From positions 1-47,716 of the forward strand of contig CAMEJH010000006.1 of assembly GCA_945919455.1 (NCBI GenBank): a stretch of 47,716 nucleotides of DNA, written 5' to 3'. The stretch comes from an uncultured Clostridium sp. GTDB taxonomy: Bacteria > Bacillota > Clostridia > TANB77 > CAG-508. Shown here piece by piece: positions 29,389 to 37,917 of this stretch; the first letter of the stretch is position 1, and each line of letters opens with the position of its first letter. The translations under genes were made by a program, and so were the position numbers. Below the pieces are notes generated by a model. It searched no databases. It was not told the DNA's origin and worked only from the letters and a program-made list of their open reading frames with translations.

Positions 29389-30180
29389 TTATTTAAATTC
29401 TTTATGCTCATATCTATAATATGTGCCAAATATACATAAAAAGATTATTGCTATTCCAATCCACACATATGTCATATTGATATGGTTATTTAATACTATA
29501 TATCTTGATGATGCAAATTCAAATAATGATATATTTTTTAACCATTCTATGCTCTCTCCCATACTTCCAATAATTTGCATAAAATATGATAAAAATACAA
29601 TTCCAATTCCCAATGTCATTGCCTTTTTGGTTTTCTTTAAAAATGTTGAAATAAATAGGCATATAAAGAATAGCATATAATAAAGTAGAATTGGTATAAT
29701 ACTTATCATTAAGTATTGTTTTAATTCAAAATCCTCTGATTGTGACAAGCCTATTAGGTTTCCAATTGTAATAATTAAAGTGAAAATAAATATATTTATA
29801 ATTCCACATAATATTTTTGAAGTTACAATTTGAACTCTACTTACTGGTTTTGCATATAAAAATTCAATTGTTTTATCACTTTCTTCTTTTAATAATATTG
29901 TACTTCCTAATATTGCTGCATATAGTCCTCCAATTAGAGTTAAAAATACATAGCCTTCTGTTTTGAACCATCCAAATGCAGATTCAATTCCTACAATATC
30001 CATATTAAAGGCAGACAACATTTCTTGAGGCATTGATTCCATCATAAGATTTAAGCTTTCTTTTGTTTCTTCATTTATTAATGAAGGATAAATTGCAAAT
30101 ATTAAAATATAAATTGCAAGTAATATTACTGTCCATAATAATAAACTTTTAAAATTAATTTTAAATTCTCTTTTAAACAT
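29389..30180 (-). CDS. ABC-2 type transporter permease
   Basis: About 6 TMs; KEESDKTIEFLYAKPVSR. Confidence 0.85.
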   Translation of the reverse strand: MFKREFKINFKSLLLWTVILLAIYILIFAIYPSLINEETKESLNLMMESMPQEMLSAFNMDIVGIESAFGWFKTEGYVFLTLIGGLYAAILGSTILLKEESDKTIEFLYAKPVSRVQIVTSKILCGIINIFIFTLIITIGNLIGLSQSEDFELKQYLMISIIPILLYYMLFFICLFISTFLKKTKKAMTLGIGIVFLSYFMQIIGSMGESIEWLKNISLFEFASSRYIVLNNHINMTYVWIGIAIIFLCIFGTYYRYEHKEFK

Positions 30181-30195
30181 CTTTTTTATCTCCTT

Positions 30196-31071
30196 TTATT
30201 CATAATAGTGCATAAATATTTCTTCTAAATCTAGTTCTTCTATTATCAATTTTGAAACAGAATATTTAGCAAGTATCTGTATAAGTATATTTATTTCGCC
30301 TTTATAAATAAATTTAACTTCATTTTCTTTTCTATATTTTATATTTTCTATTTTTAGTTCTTTTAATATCTCATCTATTTGCAATGAGTTTACTTTTACT
30401 TGCACCACTTCTGATGTGTCAAAAGAATTCATGTCTTCTATTTTTATTATTTGCCCTTCTTTTATAATTGCAACTTTATCACAAATTCTTTTTACTTCTG
30501 ATAAAATATGTGATGAGAAAAATATTGTTGTACCTTTTTTCTTTTCTTCTTCAAGAATATCATAAAATTTTTCTTGCATTAATGGATCTAGCCCACTTGT
30601 TGCTTCATCCATAATTACTACTTTAGGTTCATGCATTAATGCTAATATAATTCCAACCTTTTTTAAATTTCCTAATGAGAGCTCATCTATCTTTTTGTTT
30701 TCATCTACTTCTAATTTTTTTACTAGATTTTCTCTTCTTCTAGAGCAATCTTTTTTATAAAATGATGCTGAATAATCTAACATCTTCTTTACAGTCATAT
30801 TTTCATATAAATGTATTTCTGATGGTAGATATCCAATATCTTCTTTTATTTTATAGTTTTTATTGTTTACTGGTGTATTTTCAATATGTATTTCACCTGA
30901 GTTTTTGTTTATTAAATTCATTATACATTTTATAGTTGTGCTTTTTCCTGCACCATTTGGACCTATAAAACCATATATTGTTCCTTTTTCAATTTCTAAA
31001 TTAATATTTTTTACTCCTCTTGATTTTCCGTAATTTTTAGTTAAGTCTTTTATTTTTATAACACTTTCCAT
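30196..31071 (-). CDS. ABC-2 type transporter ATP-binding protein
   Basis: GPNGAGKST, LSLGN, MDEATSGLDP. Confidence 0.92.
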   Translation of the reverse strand: MESVIKIKDLTKNYGKSRGVKNINLEIEKGTIYGFIGPNGAGKSTTIKCIMNLINKNSGEIHIENTPVNNKNYKIKEDIGYLPSEIHLYENMTVKKMLDYSASFYKKDCSRRRENLVKKLEVDENKKIDELSLGNLKKVGIILALMHEPKVVIMDEATSGLDPLMQEKFYDILEEEKKKGTTIFFSSHILSEVKRICDKVAIIKEGQIIKIEDMNSFDTSEVVQVKVNSLQIDEILKELKIENIKYRKENEVKFIYKGEINILIQILAKYSVSKLIIEELDLEEIFMHYYE

Positions 31072-31220
31072 ATCTTAACTCCTTTTTTTACTATCGGGCA
31101 ATTTGGTCCCGAGACTACTTTTTACATTTTATCATTATTGGACTTATATGTAAATATTTTTAATAAAAATAAGATCTCAAATGAGATCCTATTTTAGTTA
31201 CAATATAATTAATTTATTAT

Positions 31221-32588
31221 TTAAACTTCTTTATACACAGTATTAATTTTTATAAATCGTTCTTTGTTAGATTTTGTTTCATACAAATTTATATCTTTTC
31301 TTCTATATACTGAAAGTATTACAGCCATACATAATATATTTATTATATAATAAACATCAGCATCTGAAACAAATGGTAAAATGATGCTTGTTTTTATTCC
31401 CATATTTATATTCATAAGTATATTTGCAATAGATTGAATAATATAAAATGTTCCAAGTCCTATTATTAAATATTTTCCATATTGATCTTTAATATCTTTT
31501 GCATTGGTAACAATTTTTATACAAATAAGCAGTATAACTATCACTAGCATTATAGTTGGCAATATTCCTATTTTTCCAATTAAATATATAAAAGTAAAAT
31601 GTTCACTTTCTTCTACTATATTAGCATTAGAAATCTCGTCTTTTTCAGCTTCTCCCACTAATTTTGCATTATGTAATATTTCGTTTTGTATCATTCCTGT
31701 ATATCCGCGAGAACTTTCAGGATATAACTCTGGTTTGAAAGAGCTAATAAATCTTTCTGTTAAATATGTAAATGAACTATTAAGTCTTTCTGCTGAATAC
31801 GAATTGGGCAAAATTAAGCATAATAAAAGTACTGTTAAACACATTATTATTCCACCATAAATTGTAATTAATCTTTTTACACATTTTTCTTTACTTTGTA
31901 TTATTTTAACTGTAATAATCACTAAATATATTGATCCTAGTATTATTGCATTTGTTATTGTAGTTGATAACAATAACATTATTATAAGTGAAATTATACT
32001 AAGTGTAGTTATTTTTGTTAAATCTTTATTTATTGCAAATATCTGCTTATTATCTATTTTTAGTTCTACAAATTTATTTTTGTTATAATTAACTATATAC
32101 CCAACAAAAGCGATTGTATATAATGGTATTGCAATTTCCCATAAAGAAAATATCATTGAAGCTGATGCAAATATATATATTAACCCTGAATATTTTTTCA
32201 TTTTTCTATAATCAAAGAAATATATTCCTATGCCTAATACAAATCCTATTAAAATATATATTATTGTTTTTGATATATATGGATTTCCCGTAGCACTTTG
32301 TTTTAAAATAGCATTTATAGTTCCAAAGCCTATTAATATTATTAAAAGTATTAATAATTTCCAGTCTAATTTTGGTTTATGTATCTTATTTAATTCTTTG
32401 CCTATTTCTTCCGCATTTCCCATTTGCTCAATTGCCTTTTCTTCTGCTTCTTGTTCTTTCATTCCACATTCTATATAGTCCTCTTTTATTTCTTTAATAT
32501 GTGATTCTATTTCTTGTGAAATTTCTTGTTTAATCGGCTTGTATTTTATTTCATTACATACTATTTCTAAAAAATTTTTAATGTTCAA
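31221..32588 (-). CDS. FtsW/RodA/SpoVE-family membrane protein with N-terminal permease-prefix domain
   Basis: EIESHI...AEEKAIEQMG...IGKELNKIHKPK prefix; LPFVS in the C-terminal TMs; follows padR; probable TTG start at 32588. Confidence 0.75.
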   Translation of the reverse strand: MNIKNFLEIVCNEIKYKPIKQEISQEIESHIKEIKEDYIECGMKEQEAEEKAIEQMGNAEEIGKELNKIHKPKLDWKLLILLIILIGFGTINAILKQSATGNPYISKTIIYILIGFVLGIGIYFFDYRKMKKYSGLIYIFASASMIFSLWEIAIPLYTIAFVGYIVNYNKNKFVELKIDNKQIFAINKDLTKITTLSIISLIIMLLLSTTITNAIILGSIYLVIITVKIIQSKEKCVKRLITIYGGIIMCLTVLLLCLILPNSYSAERLNSSFTYLTERFISSFKPELYPESSRGYTGMIQNEILHNAKLVGEAEKDEISNANIVEESEHFTFIYLIGKIGILPTIMLVIVILLICIKIVTNAKDIKDQYGKYLIIGLGTFYIIQSIANILMNINMGIKTSIILPFVSDADVYYIINILCMAVILSVYRRKDINLYETKSNKERFIKINTVYKEV

Positions 32589-32916
32589 ATAAAACACCTC
32601 CTATAACTCGGTCTATGCTTCTACTAAAAGTTTTCCATTCTTCTTTGTTTTCTTTTAATTTTTTCTTACCTTCTGTTGTAATTGAGTAATATTTTCTTTT
32701 TTTGCTTCCTCTGTCATCCCAATATGAAGATATGTAATTTTTTTCTTCAAGACTATGTAGTATAGGATATAATGTTCCCTCTTGTAATTCAAATACATTT
32801 TTGGATTTTTCACTTAATTTTTTTATCATTTGATATCCATACATATCCTCTTCCTCTAGTAAGCTTAATACTAACATGTTTGTACTTCCCTTTAATAATT
32901 CTTTGTTAATTTTCAA
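32578..32916 (-). CDS. PadR-family transcriptional regulator
   Basis: MYGYQM, EGTLYPILHSLE, RKYYSIT. Confidence 0.93.
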   Translation of the reverse strand: MKINKELLKGSTNMLVLSLLEEEDMYGYQMIKKLSEKSKNVFELQEGTLYPILHSLEEKNYISSYWDDRGSKKRKYYSITTEGKKKLKENKEEWKTFSRSIDRVIGGVLFEH

Positions 32917-32933
32917 AATAATCCCTCCTTATA

Positions 32934-32991
32934 ATACCTAGTTATCCTATGTATTTTTGTACATTGTATACCTAGGTATATTTTTTGTCAA
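32934..32991 (-). promoter_or_regulatory. padR promoter with probable operator repeats
   Basis: TTGACA at 32986-32991; palindrome ATACCTAGGTAT (32968-32979) and related ATACCTAG...CTATGTAT (32934-32954). Confidence 0.55.
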
Positions 32992-33055
32992 TACTTTTTA
33001 CAAAAAAATATAAAAATTACTCTATTGTTTTATAGAGTAATTTTTTTCAACTATA

Positions 33056-33913
33056 TTATTGAATTTTATATTCATTTATGTCTGGTTCTATAAATATATC
33101 ATCTGTTACTGTATCAAATTCATATGTATAATCTGTTACTGTATCTTTTGAATCTCCACTCATAGTCATTCTAATTATAAGTCCTGTTTCTTTATCTATA
33201 TAAGCCGAATCATTTCTAGATGTTAATAAATCTGAACTAAAGTAATCTGTCATCAAATAACAATCTTTTCCATTGCAGTTTACTGTTTTAATGTTTGTAG
33301 TTACGCTTCTAATTAATATTTCAAATATATTGTTTGATTCTAAATAATTAAAAATATTTGAAACCAAAAACGCATCTTTTTGATTAAGCTGTGCTTTTTT
33401 ATCGTCACCTGTTTCGAAATAAGTATTTGTTATATCTTCACTTTGATATACCGAAATTTTATTTATTTCTTTTTCAGTTACCCTACGTAGAAATGTTACA
33501 GTTTTTCCATCCTTATAATATGTATCTATTATCATTAAATTATCACCATTAAAATTTGTTGTTTTTTTATGATAATTTGAAGAGCTAACATAGTTATTTG
33601 CTTTATTATTTAAGCTTGATATTATAATCATATTTCTTCCTATATGAATTCCAAATATTATCAAAATTATTAATAATATAATTTTTAGTATTTTCATTTT
33701 ATTACTAAATTTTTTAATGTATTTTACTTCTCTCCTATCTCTTTTTTGGTCACTTATTTTTAATTCTTTCTGCATCTCTAAAAGCACATCTTTACATTCC
33801 TTGCATTCATTTAAATGTTCTTCTATGTACTTATTAGTTTCTTCATTAGTTAGTTTTTCAATGTAATTAGGTAATAAATCTTGAACAATTTTACAATCTC
33901 TGTTTTCATTCAT
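33056..33913 (-). CDS. zf-HC2 anti-sigma factor
   Basis: CKIVQDLLPNYIE...HLNECKEC (HxxxCxxC), followed by one TM. Confidence 0.88.
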   Translation of the reverse strand: MNENRDCKIVQDLLPNYIEKLTNEETNKYIEEHLNECKECKDVLLEMQKELKISDQKRDRREVKYIKKFSNKMKILKIILLIILIIFGIHIGRNMIIISSLNNKANNYVSSSNYHKKTTNFNGDNLMIIDTYYKDGKTVTFLRRVTEKEINKISVYQSEDITNTYFETGDDKKAQLNQKDAFLVSNIFNYLESNNIFEILIRSVTTNIKTVNCNGKDCYLMTDYFSSDLLTSRNDSAYIDKETGLIIRMTMSGDSKDTVTDYTYEFDTVTDDIFIEPDINEYKIQ

Positions 33914-33914
33914 C

Positions 33915-34394
33915 TTAATCTACCTCCTTTAATTTTTGTTTTCCCCTATAAAATGTAACTCTTGCCCATGTTTCTGTTTTATTTAATATGTCTCCTATCT
34001 CTTTAAAACTTAATTCTCCTGTAATTCTTAAATATATTACTTCTCTTGTTGGCTCATCTAAAGTTTGTATCTTTTTATATAAATTGATTTTATCCTCTTT
34101 TAATATGTAATCATTTTCTAAGTTTTCATCAGATTTTAAATATTCCAGTTCTTCTGCATTTTTTAGTTCCATTCTTTTATTCTTTTTTAGTTCGTTATAC
34201 CATAAATTTTTAGCAATCTGGCATAGCCATACTGACATCTTGCAATTTCCTTTATATGTGTCAATCTTTTTTACTGCTTTATAAAAGGTTTCTTGTGTAA
34301 GTTCTTCAGAGATATCATTGTTATGAGTTAAACAGAATAAATATTTGTTTACTGTTTCAAAATATTCTTCATATATTTGCTCAATATCCTGCAT
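33915..34394 (-). CDS. ECF sigma-70 factor
   Basis: EELTQETFYKA, VWLCQIAKN, SFKEIG, WARVTFYRGK; ATG 34394 after AAGGAGG; upstream TGTAAC...GTCTT ECF-like promoter. Confidence 0.92.
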   Translation of the reverse strand: MQDIEQIYEEYFETVNKYLFCLTHNNDISEELTQETFYKAVKKIDTYKGNCKMSVWLCQIAKNLWYNELKKNKRMELKNAEELEYLKSDENLENDYILKEDKINLYKKIQTLDEPTREVIYLRITGELSFKEIGDILNKTETWARVTFYRGKQKLKEVD

Positions 34395-34449
34395 AACTTT
34401 TATCCTCCTTTGCATATAAGACAAATGAAATTAAAATTCGTTACAAAAA

Positions 34450-35334
34450 TTACTCAATATTTATTAATTCATATTCTTTAGTTCCAAAACCTAATTCTAC
34501 TGCTGAATCTATTGTATGTGTACCATGTCTTGAATTTATTCTTTCTAATAAATGCTCTTTTCCTGGATCATTTGAATTTTTAACTAAGTCTATACAAGCT
34601 TGATCTATTGCAATTGGGTCTAAAGATGCTAGTATTCCAATATCTTTCATACAAGGGTCTTCTGCTACTGCACAACAATCACAGTCAACTGACATATTAC
34701 ACATAATATTGATAAATGCCATATTTCCTTTAAAATATTCTACTACTGAAGCTACTGCATCTGCCATTGATTCTAAGAAAAGATCTTGTTCTGGTAAATT
34801 ACTCCATAGCTTGTTTTGATCTTTTTCTTTTCCTGCTGAATGAATCCATGACTTTCCTGCTGATGAAGCACATCCTATTGATAGCTGTTTTAAGGCTCCT
34901 CCATATCCTCCCATAGGATGTCCTTTAAAATGAGATAATACTAGCATTGAATCATAATTTGTAATATTTTTTCCTAAATAATTTTGTTTGATTACTTTTC
35001 CATTTGGAATTTCAATTTCTAAGTCTGGACCTTCTGCATCCATAATGTCAACATCAAAATATTTACTCCATTCATGGTTTTCCATTAATTTTTTGTGCTT
35101 TTCTGTATTATTTCTCTCTCCTGAATATGCTGTATTACATTCTACTATTGTTCCATTCACCTTATCTACCATTGGTTTCATAAATTCTGGATGAAGATAG
35201 TTTTGATTACCTGCTTCTCCTGAATGTACTTTTACTGCGACTTTTCCTGGTAGCTCTTTTCCTAATTTTTCGTAAATTTTTACAACATTTTCTGGTGTTA
35301 TTTCTTTTATAAAGTATACTTTTGCTTTTTCCAT
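34450..35334 (-). CDS. DUF362 domain Fe-S protein
   Basis: VAVKVHSGE, HFKGH--GYGGALK, CDC, DPIAIDQAC. Confidence 0.85.
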   Translation of the reverse strand: MEKAKVYFIKEITPENVVKIYEKLGKELPGKVAVKVHSGEAGNQNYLHPEFMKPMVDKVNGTIVECNTAYSGERNNTEKHKKLMENHEWSKYFDVDIMDAEGPDLEIEIPNGKVIKQNYLGKNITNYDSMLVLSHFKGHPMGGYGGALKQLSIGCASSAGKSWIHSAGKEKDQNKLWSNLPEQDLFLESMADAVASVVEYFKGNMAFINIMCNMSVDCDCCAVAEDPCMKDIGILASLDPIAIDQACIDLVKNSNDPGKEHLLERINSRHGTHTIDSAVELGFGTKEYELINIE

Positions 35335-35397
35335 AAAATCATTCCTTTCTTAATATTAAATAAGGAAGTAATTATAATGTAACCACTTCCTTTATCT

Positions 35398-36033
35398 CTA
35401 TCTTATAAAACTTGTGAAATTAATTTTCTCTTGCTTTGGAAGTTCAATTCCTTTTTCTTTTCCGGCTTCTATACATTTTAGATAATAAGCCATATTTCTT
35501 CCTAAAATCCTCATTATTTGCATACCTTCTTCATCTTTTCTAACATCATCTGGTGTAGAACCATGTACCATATTCCAATATCTTGATGAAATTATAGGCA
35601 TTTGATTTATTCCAAAATATTTATTTAGTTGATCATAAGTTGCTGTTGTTCCTGCTCTTCTTGCAGAAATTACAGCTGCTGCTGGTTTAAATAAAAATCT
35701 ATCTCCTTTTCCTGCTTGAGATGCAGAATAAAATACTCTATCCATAAATGATGTTATTGCTCCAGTTGCTGCTGCATAATGTACTGGTGATCCAAATATA
35801 AATCCATCTGCATCTTTTGCTTTTTCTACAAATTCATTTACAGTATCATCAAATACACATTTTCCATTTTTTGCACAACTTTTACAAGCAATGCATCCTG
35901 CTATAGGTTTGTTTCCTACCCAAAATATTTCTGTTTCTATCCCTTCTTCATTTAAAGTTTTTGCCACTTCACTTAAAGCAGTATATACACAACCTTCTTT
36001 ATGAGGTCCTCCATTTACTAATAATACTTTCAT
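35398..36033 (-). CDS. Flavodoxin-fold iron-sulfur flavoprotein / NADPH-dependent FMN reductase
   Basis: CIACKSC-----C, GSPVHYA, RRAG. Confidence 0.88.
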   Translation of the reverse strand: MKVLLVNGGPHKEGCVYTALSEVAKTLNEEGIETEIFWVGNKPIAGCIACKSCAKNGKCVFDDTVNEFVEKAKDADGFIFGSPVHYAAATGAITSFMDRVFYSASQAGKGDRFLFKPAAAVISARRAGTTATYDQLNKYFGINQMPIISSRYWNMVHGSTPDDVRKDEEGMQIMRILGRNMAYYLKCIEAGKEKGIELPKQEKINFTSFIR

Positions 36034-36100
36034 TGATGTTACTTCCTTTCTATTTTGTCAATTATATCACAATAATTTAAATTAATCTATACATTTTTGT

Positions 36101-36817
36101 TTACAACTTTTCAAATATTTTTCCCAAACTCTCATTAATAACAAGATTTGCTCTATTATCATATTGAGTAGAATCTCTATTTATTAAAACCAAATTTTGT
36201 CCTCTAAAATAATTAATTAAACCACTTGCAGGATATACAGTTAAAGATGTTCCTGCTACAATCATTAGTTCTGCTTTTTGAATTGCTGTAATTGAATCTC
36301 TTAATATATTATCATTTAAGCTTTCTTCATATAAAACTACATCAGGTTTTATTATTCCTCCACATTCACATCTAGGAATTCCTTTGCTACTAAAAATAAA
36401 TTCTGCATCATAAAATTTATTACATTTCATACAATAATTTCTAAAAACACTTCCATGTAATTCTAATACATTTTTTGAATCTGCCTTTTGGTGCAATCCA
36501 TCTATGTTTTGAGTAATAATTGCTTTTAGTTTGCCTTGTCTTTCTAATTCTGTTAATTTTAAATGGGTTATATTAGGCTCATATTTTAATGAGTTTAGCT
36601 TTTCTCTATAAAATTCATAAAATTCTTCTGTTTTATTTACAAAAAATGTATGGCTTAATATTTCTTCTGGTGGATATTTATATTTTTGATTATAAAGTCC
36701 ATCCTTGCTTCTAAAGTCTGGTATTCCACTTTCTGTTGATACTCCTGCTCCCCCAAAGAAAACTATATTATTACTTTCTTTTATTAATTTTCTTAGTTTT
36801 TCTACATTGCTTTCCAT
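36101..36817 (-). CDS. cobB: NAD-dependent protein deacylase (sirtuin)
   Basis: GAGVSTESGIPDFRS, TQNIDGLHQ, LHGS, CxxC, KPDVVLY, GTSL-VYPA; probable ATG at 36817. Confidence 0.92.
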   Translation of the reverse strand: MESNVEKLRKLIKESNNIVFFGGAGVSTESGIPDFRSKDGLYNQKYKYPPEEILSHTFFVNKTEEFYEFYREKLNSLKYEPNITHLKLTELERQGKLKAIITQNIDGLHQKADSKNVLELHGSVFRNYCMKCNKFYDAEFIFSSKGIPRCECGGIIKPDVVLYEESLNDNILRDSITAIQKAELMIVAGTSLTVYPASGLINYFRGQNLVLINRDSTQYDNRANLVINESLGKIFEKL

Positions 36818-37127
36818 CAATTTCACTCCAAACTGCATATTTTTCACATTCTATTTTTTCTGATAAGTATTTATCTAATTTTTTGTTTTTAATTAATTCT
36901 TCTTTTTGCTGTTTAGCTAATTCTTTTATTCTATATTCTAATTTTGAAGCAAGTACTTTATTTTCTGTTTCCCACACAATTTCTAATTTTTTTGCATTAT
37001 GACTTAAAGTATATTTTGCACATTTTTTATCTTTACTAAAATGCTCTTCCATTCTACGTTTTACATCTGTTGTTATTCCTGTGTATATTGAATCATCTTC
37101 ACATCTTAACATATAAATATAATACAT
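36771..37127 (-). CDS. GIY-YIG nuclease superfamily protein (YazA/YhbQ-like)
   Basis: YIYMLRC-DDSIYTGITTDVKRR--EH; AKYT; E--IK. Confidence 0.88.
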   Translation of the reverse strand: MYYIYMLRCEDDSIYTGITTDVKRRMEEHFSKDKKCAKYTLSHNAKKLEIVWETENKVLASKLEYRIKELAKQQKEELIKNKKLDKYLSEKIECEKYAVWSEIDGKQCRKTKKINKRK

Positions 37128-37136
37128 TTTTTACTC

Positions 37137-37835
37137 CTAAATATTTATTATATCTTTTATTACTTCTCCTACAATTATTAATCCTGCAACTGATGGGACA
37201 AATGATATGCTACCAGGTACTGGTTTGTTACTATCTTCTGAATTTTTTCCAGATTTTATAGGTTCTTCTTTTGAATAAACTACTTTTAGTTTTTCAATCC
37301 CCCTGTTTTTTAATTCTTTTCTCATTACTTTAGCAAGTGGACATACACTTGTTTTGTAAATGTCTGTTACTTCAAACCTAGTTGGATCTAACTTATTTCC
37401 TGTTCCCATACTTGATATAATTGGTATATTTAGCTTATTTGCTCTAACTACAAGCTCAATTTTAGCTGTAACTGTGTCTACGCTATCTACTATATAATTT
37501 ACAGTATTATCTAGAATTTCTCTACTTTCTGGCATGAAAAATTCTTGGTGTATTTCTACTTTTGCATTTGGATTTATTTCAAGTATTCTTTCTTTTGCAA
37601 CCTCTACTTTGGGTCTATCTATTGTTTTGTGTGTTGCTATAATCTGTCTATTTAAATTAGTAATATCGACTGTATCTTTGTCTACTAATATAAAACTTCC
37701 TATTCCAGCTCTTGCTAGCCCTTCTACTACAAAAGAGCCTACTCCTCCAATTCCAAATACTGCTACTTTCGCTTTTTGTAATTTTTCTATTCCTTCTTTT
37801 CCTATTAATAATTCTGTTCTTGAAAATTGATTCAT
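37137..37835 (-). CDS. tcdA: tRNA threonylcarbamoyladenosine dehydratase (ThiF/E1-like)
   Basis: FSRTELLIG, GIGGVGS, TNLNRQ, SSMG-GNKLDP, CPLAKVMRKEL; ATG 37835 after GAGG. Confidence 0.9.
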   Translation of the reverse strand: MNQFSRTELLIGKEGIEKLQKAKVAVFGIGGVGSFVVEGLARAGIGSFILVDKDTVDITNLNRQIIATHKTIDRPKVEVAKERILEINPNAKVEIHQEFFMPESREILDNTVNYIVDSVDTVTAKIELVVRANKLNIPIISSMGTGNKLDPTRFEVTDIYKTSVCPLAKVMRKELKNRGIEKLKVVYSKEEPIKSGKNSEDSNKPVPGSISFVPSVAGLIIVGEVIKDIINI

Positions 37836-37852
37836 CTCACTTTTACCTCTTT

Positions 37853-37917
37853 CTAATTTGGTGCCGGACCTTTTTTTATGTTTTTTAAAAAATGCCAAAA
37901 AAGGTCCGGCACTAATT
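37853..37917. repeat. Inverted pair of the dispersed repeat
   Basis: AATTTGGTGCCGGACCTTTTTT ... AAAAAAGGTCCGGCACTAATT. Confidence 0.8.

Noticed and set aside
36771-36817. 47-nt overlap of the GIY-YIG gene with cobB as another recoding site or fusion
   Set aside because: No CGG at the junction and cobB has its own RBS-like sequence and ATG; a simple C-terminal extension explains it.
37836-37898. N-terminal extensions in the ORF track (tcdA, and likewise dnaE 7514-7561 and the permease 46120-46182)
   Set aside because: They run through the dispersed repeat; RBS and family N-termini point to the downstream ATGs.
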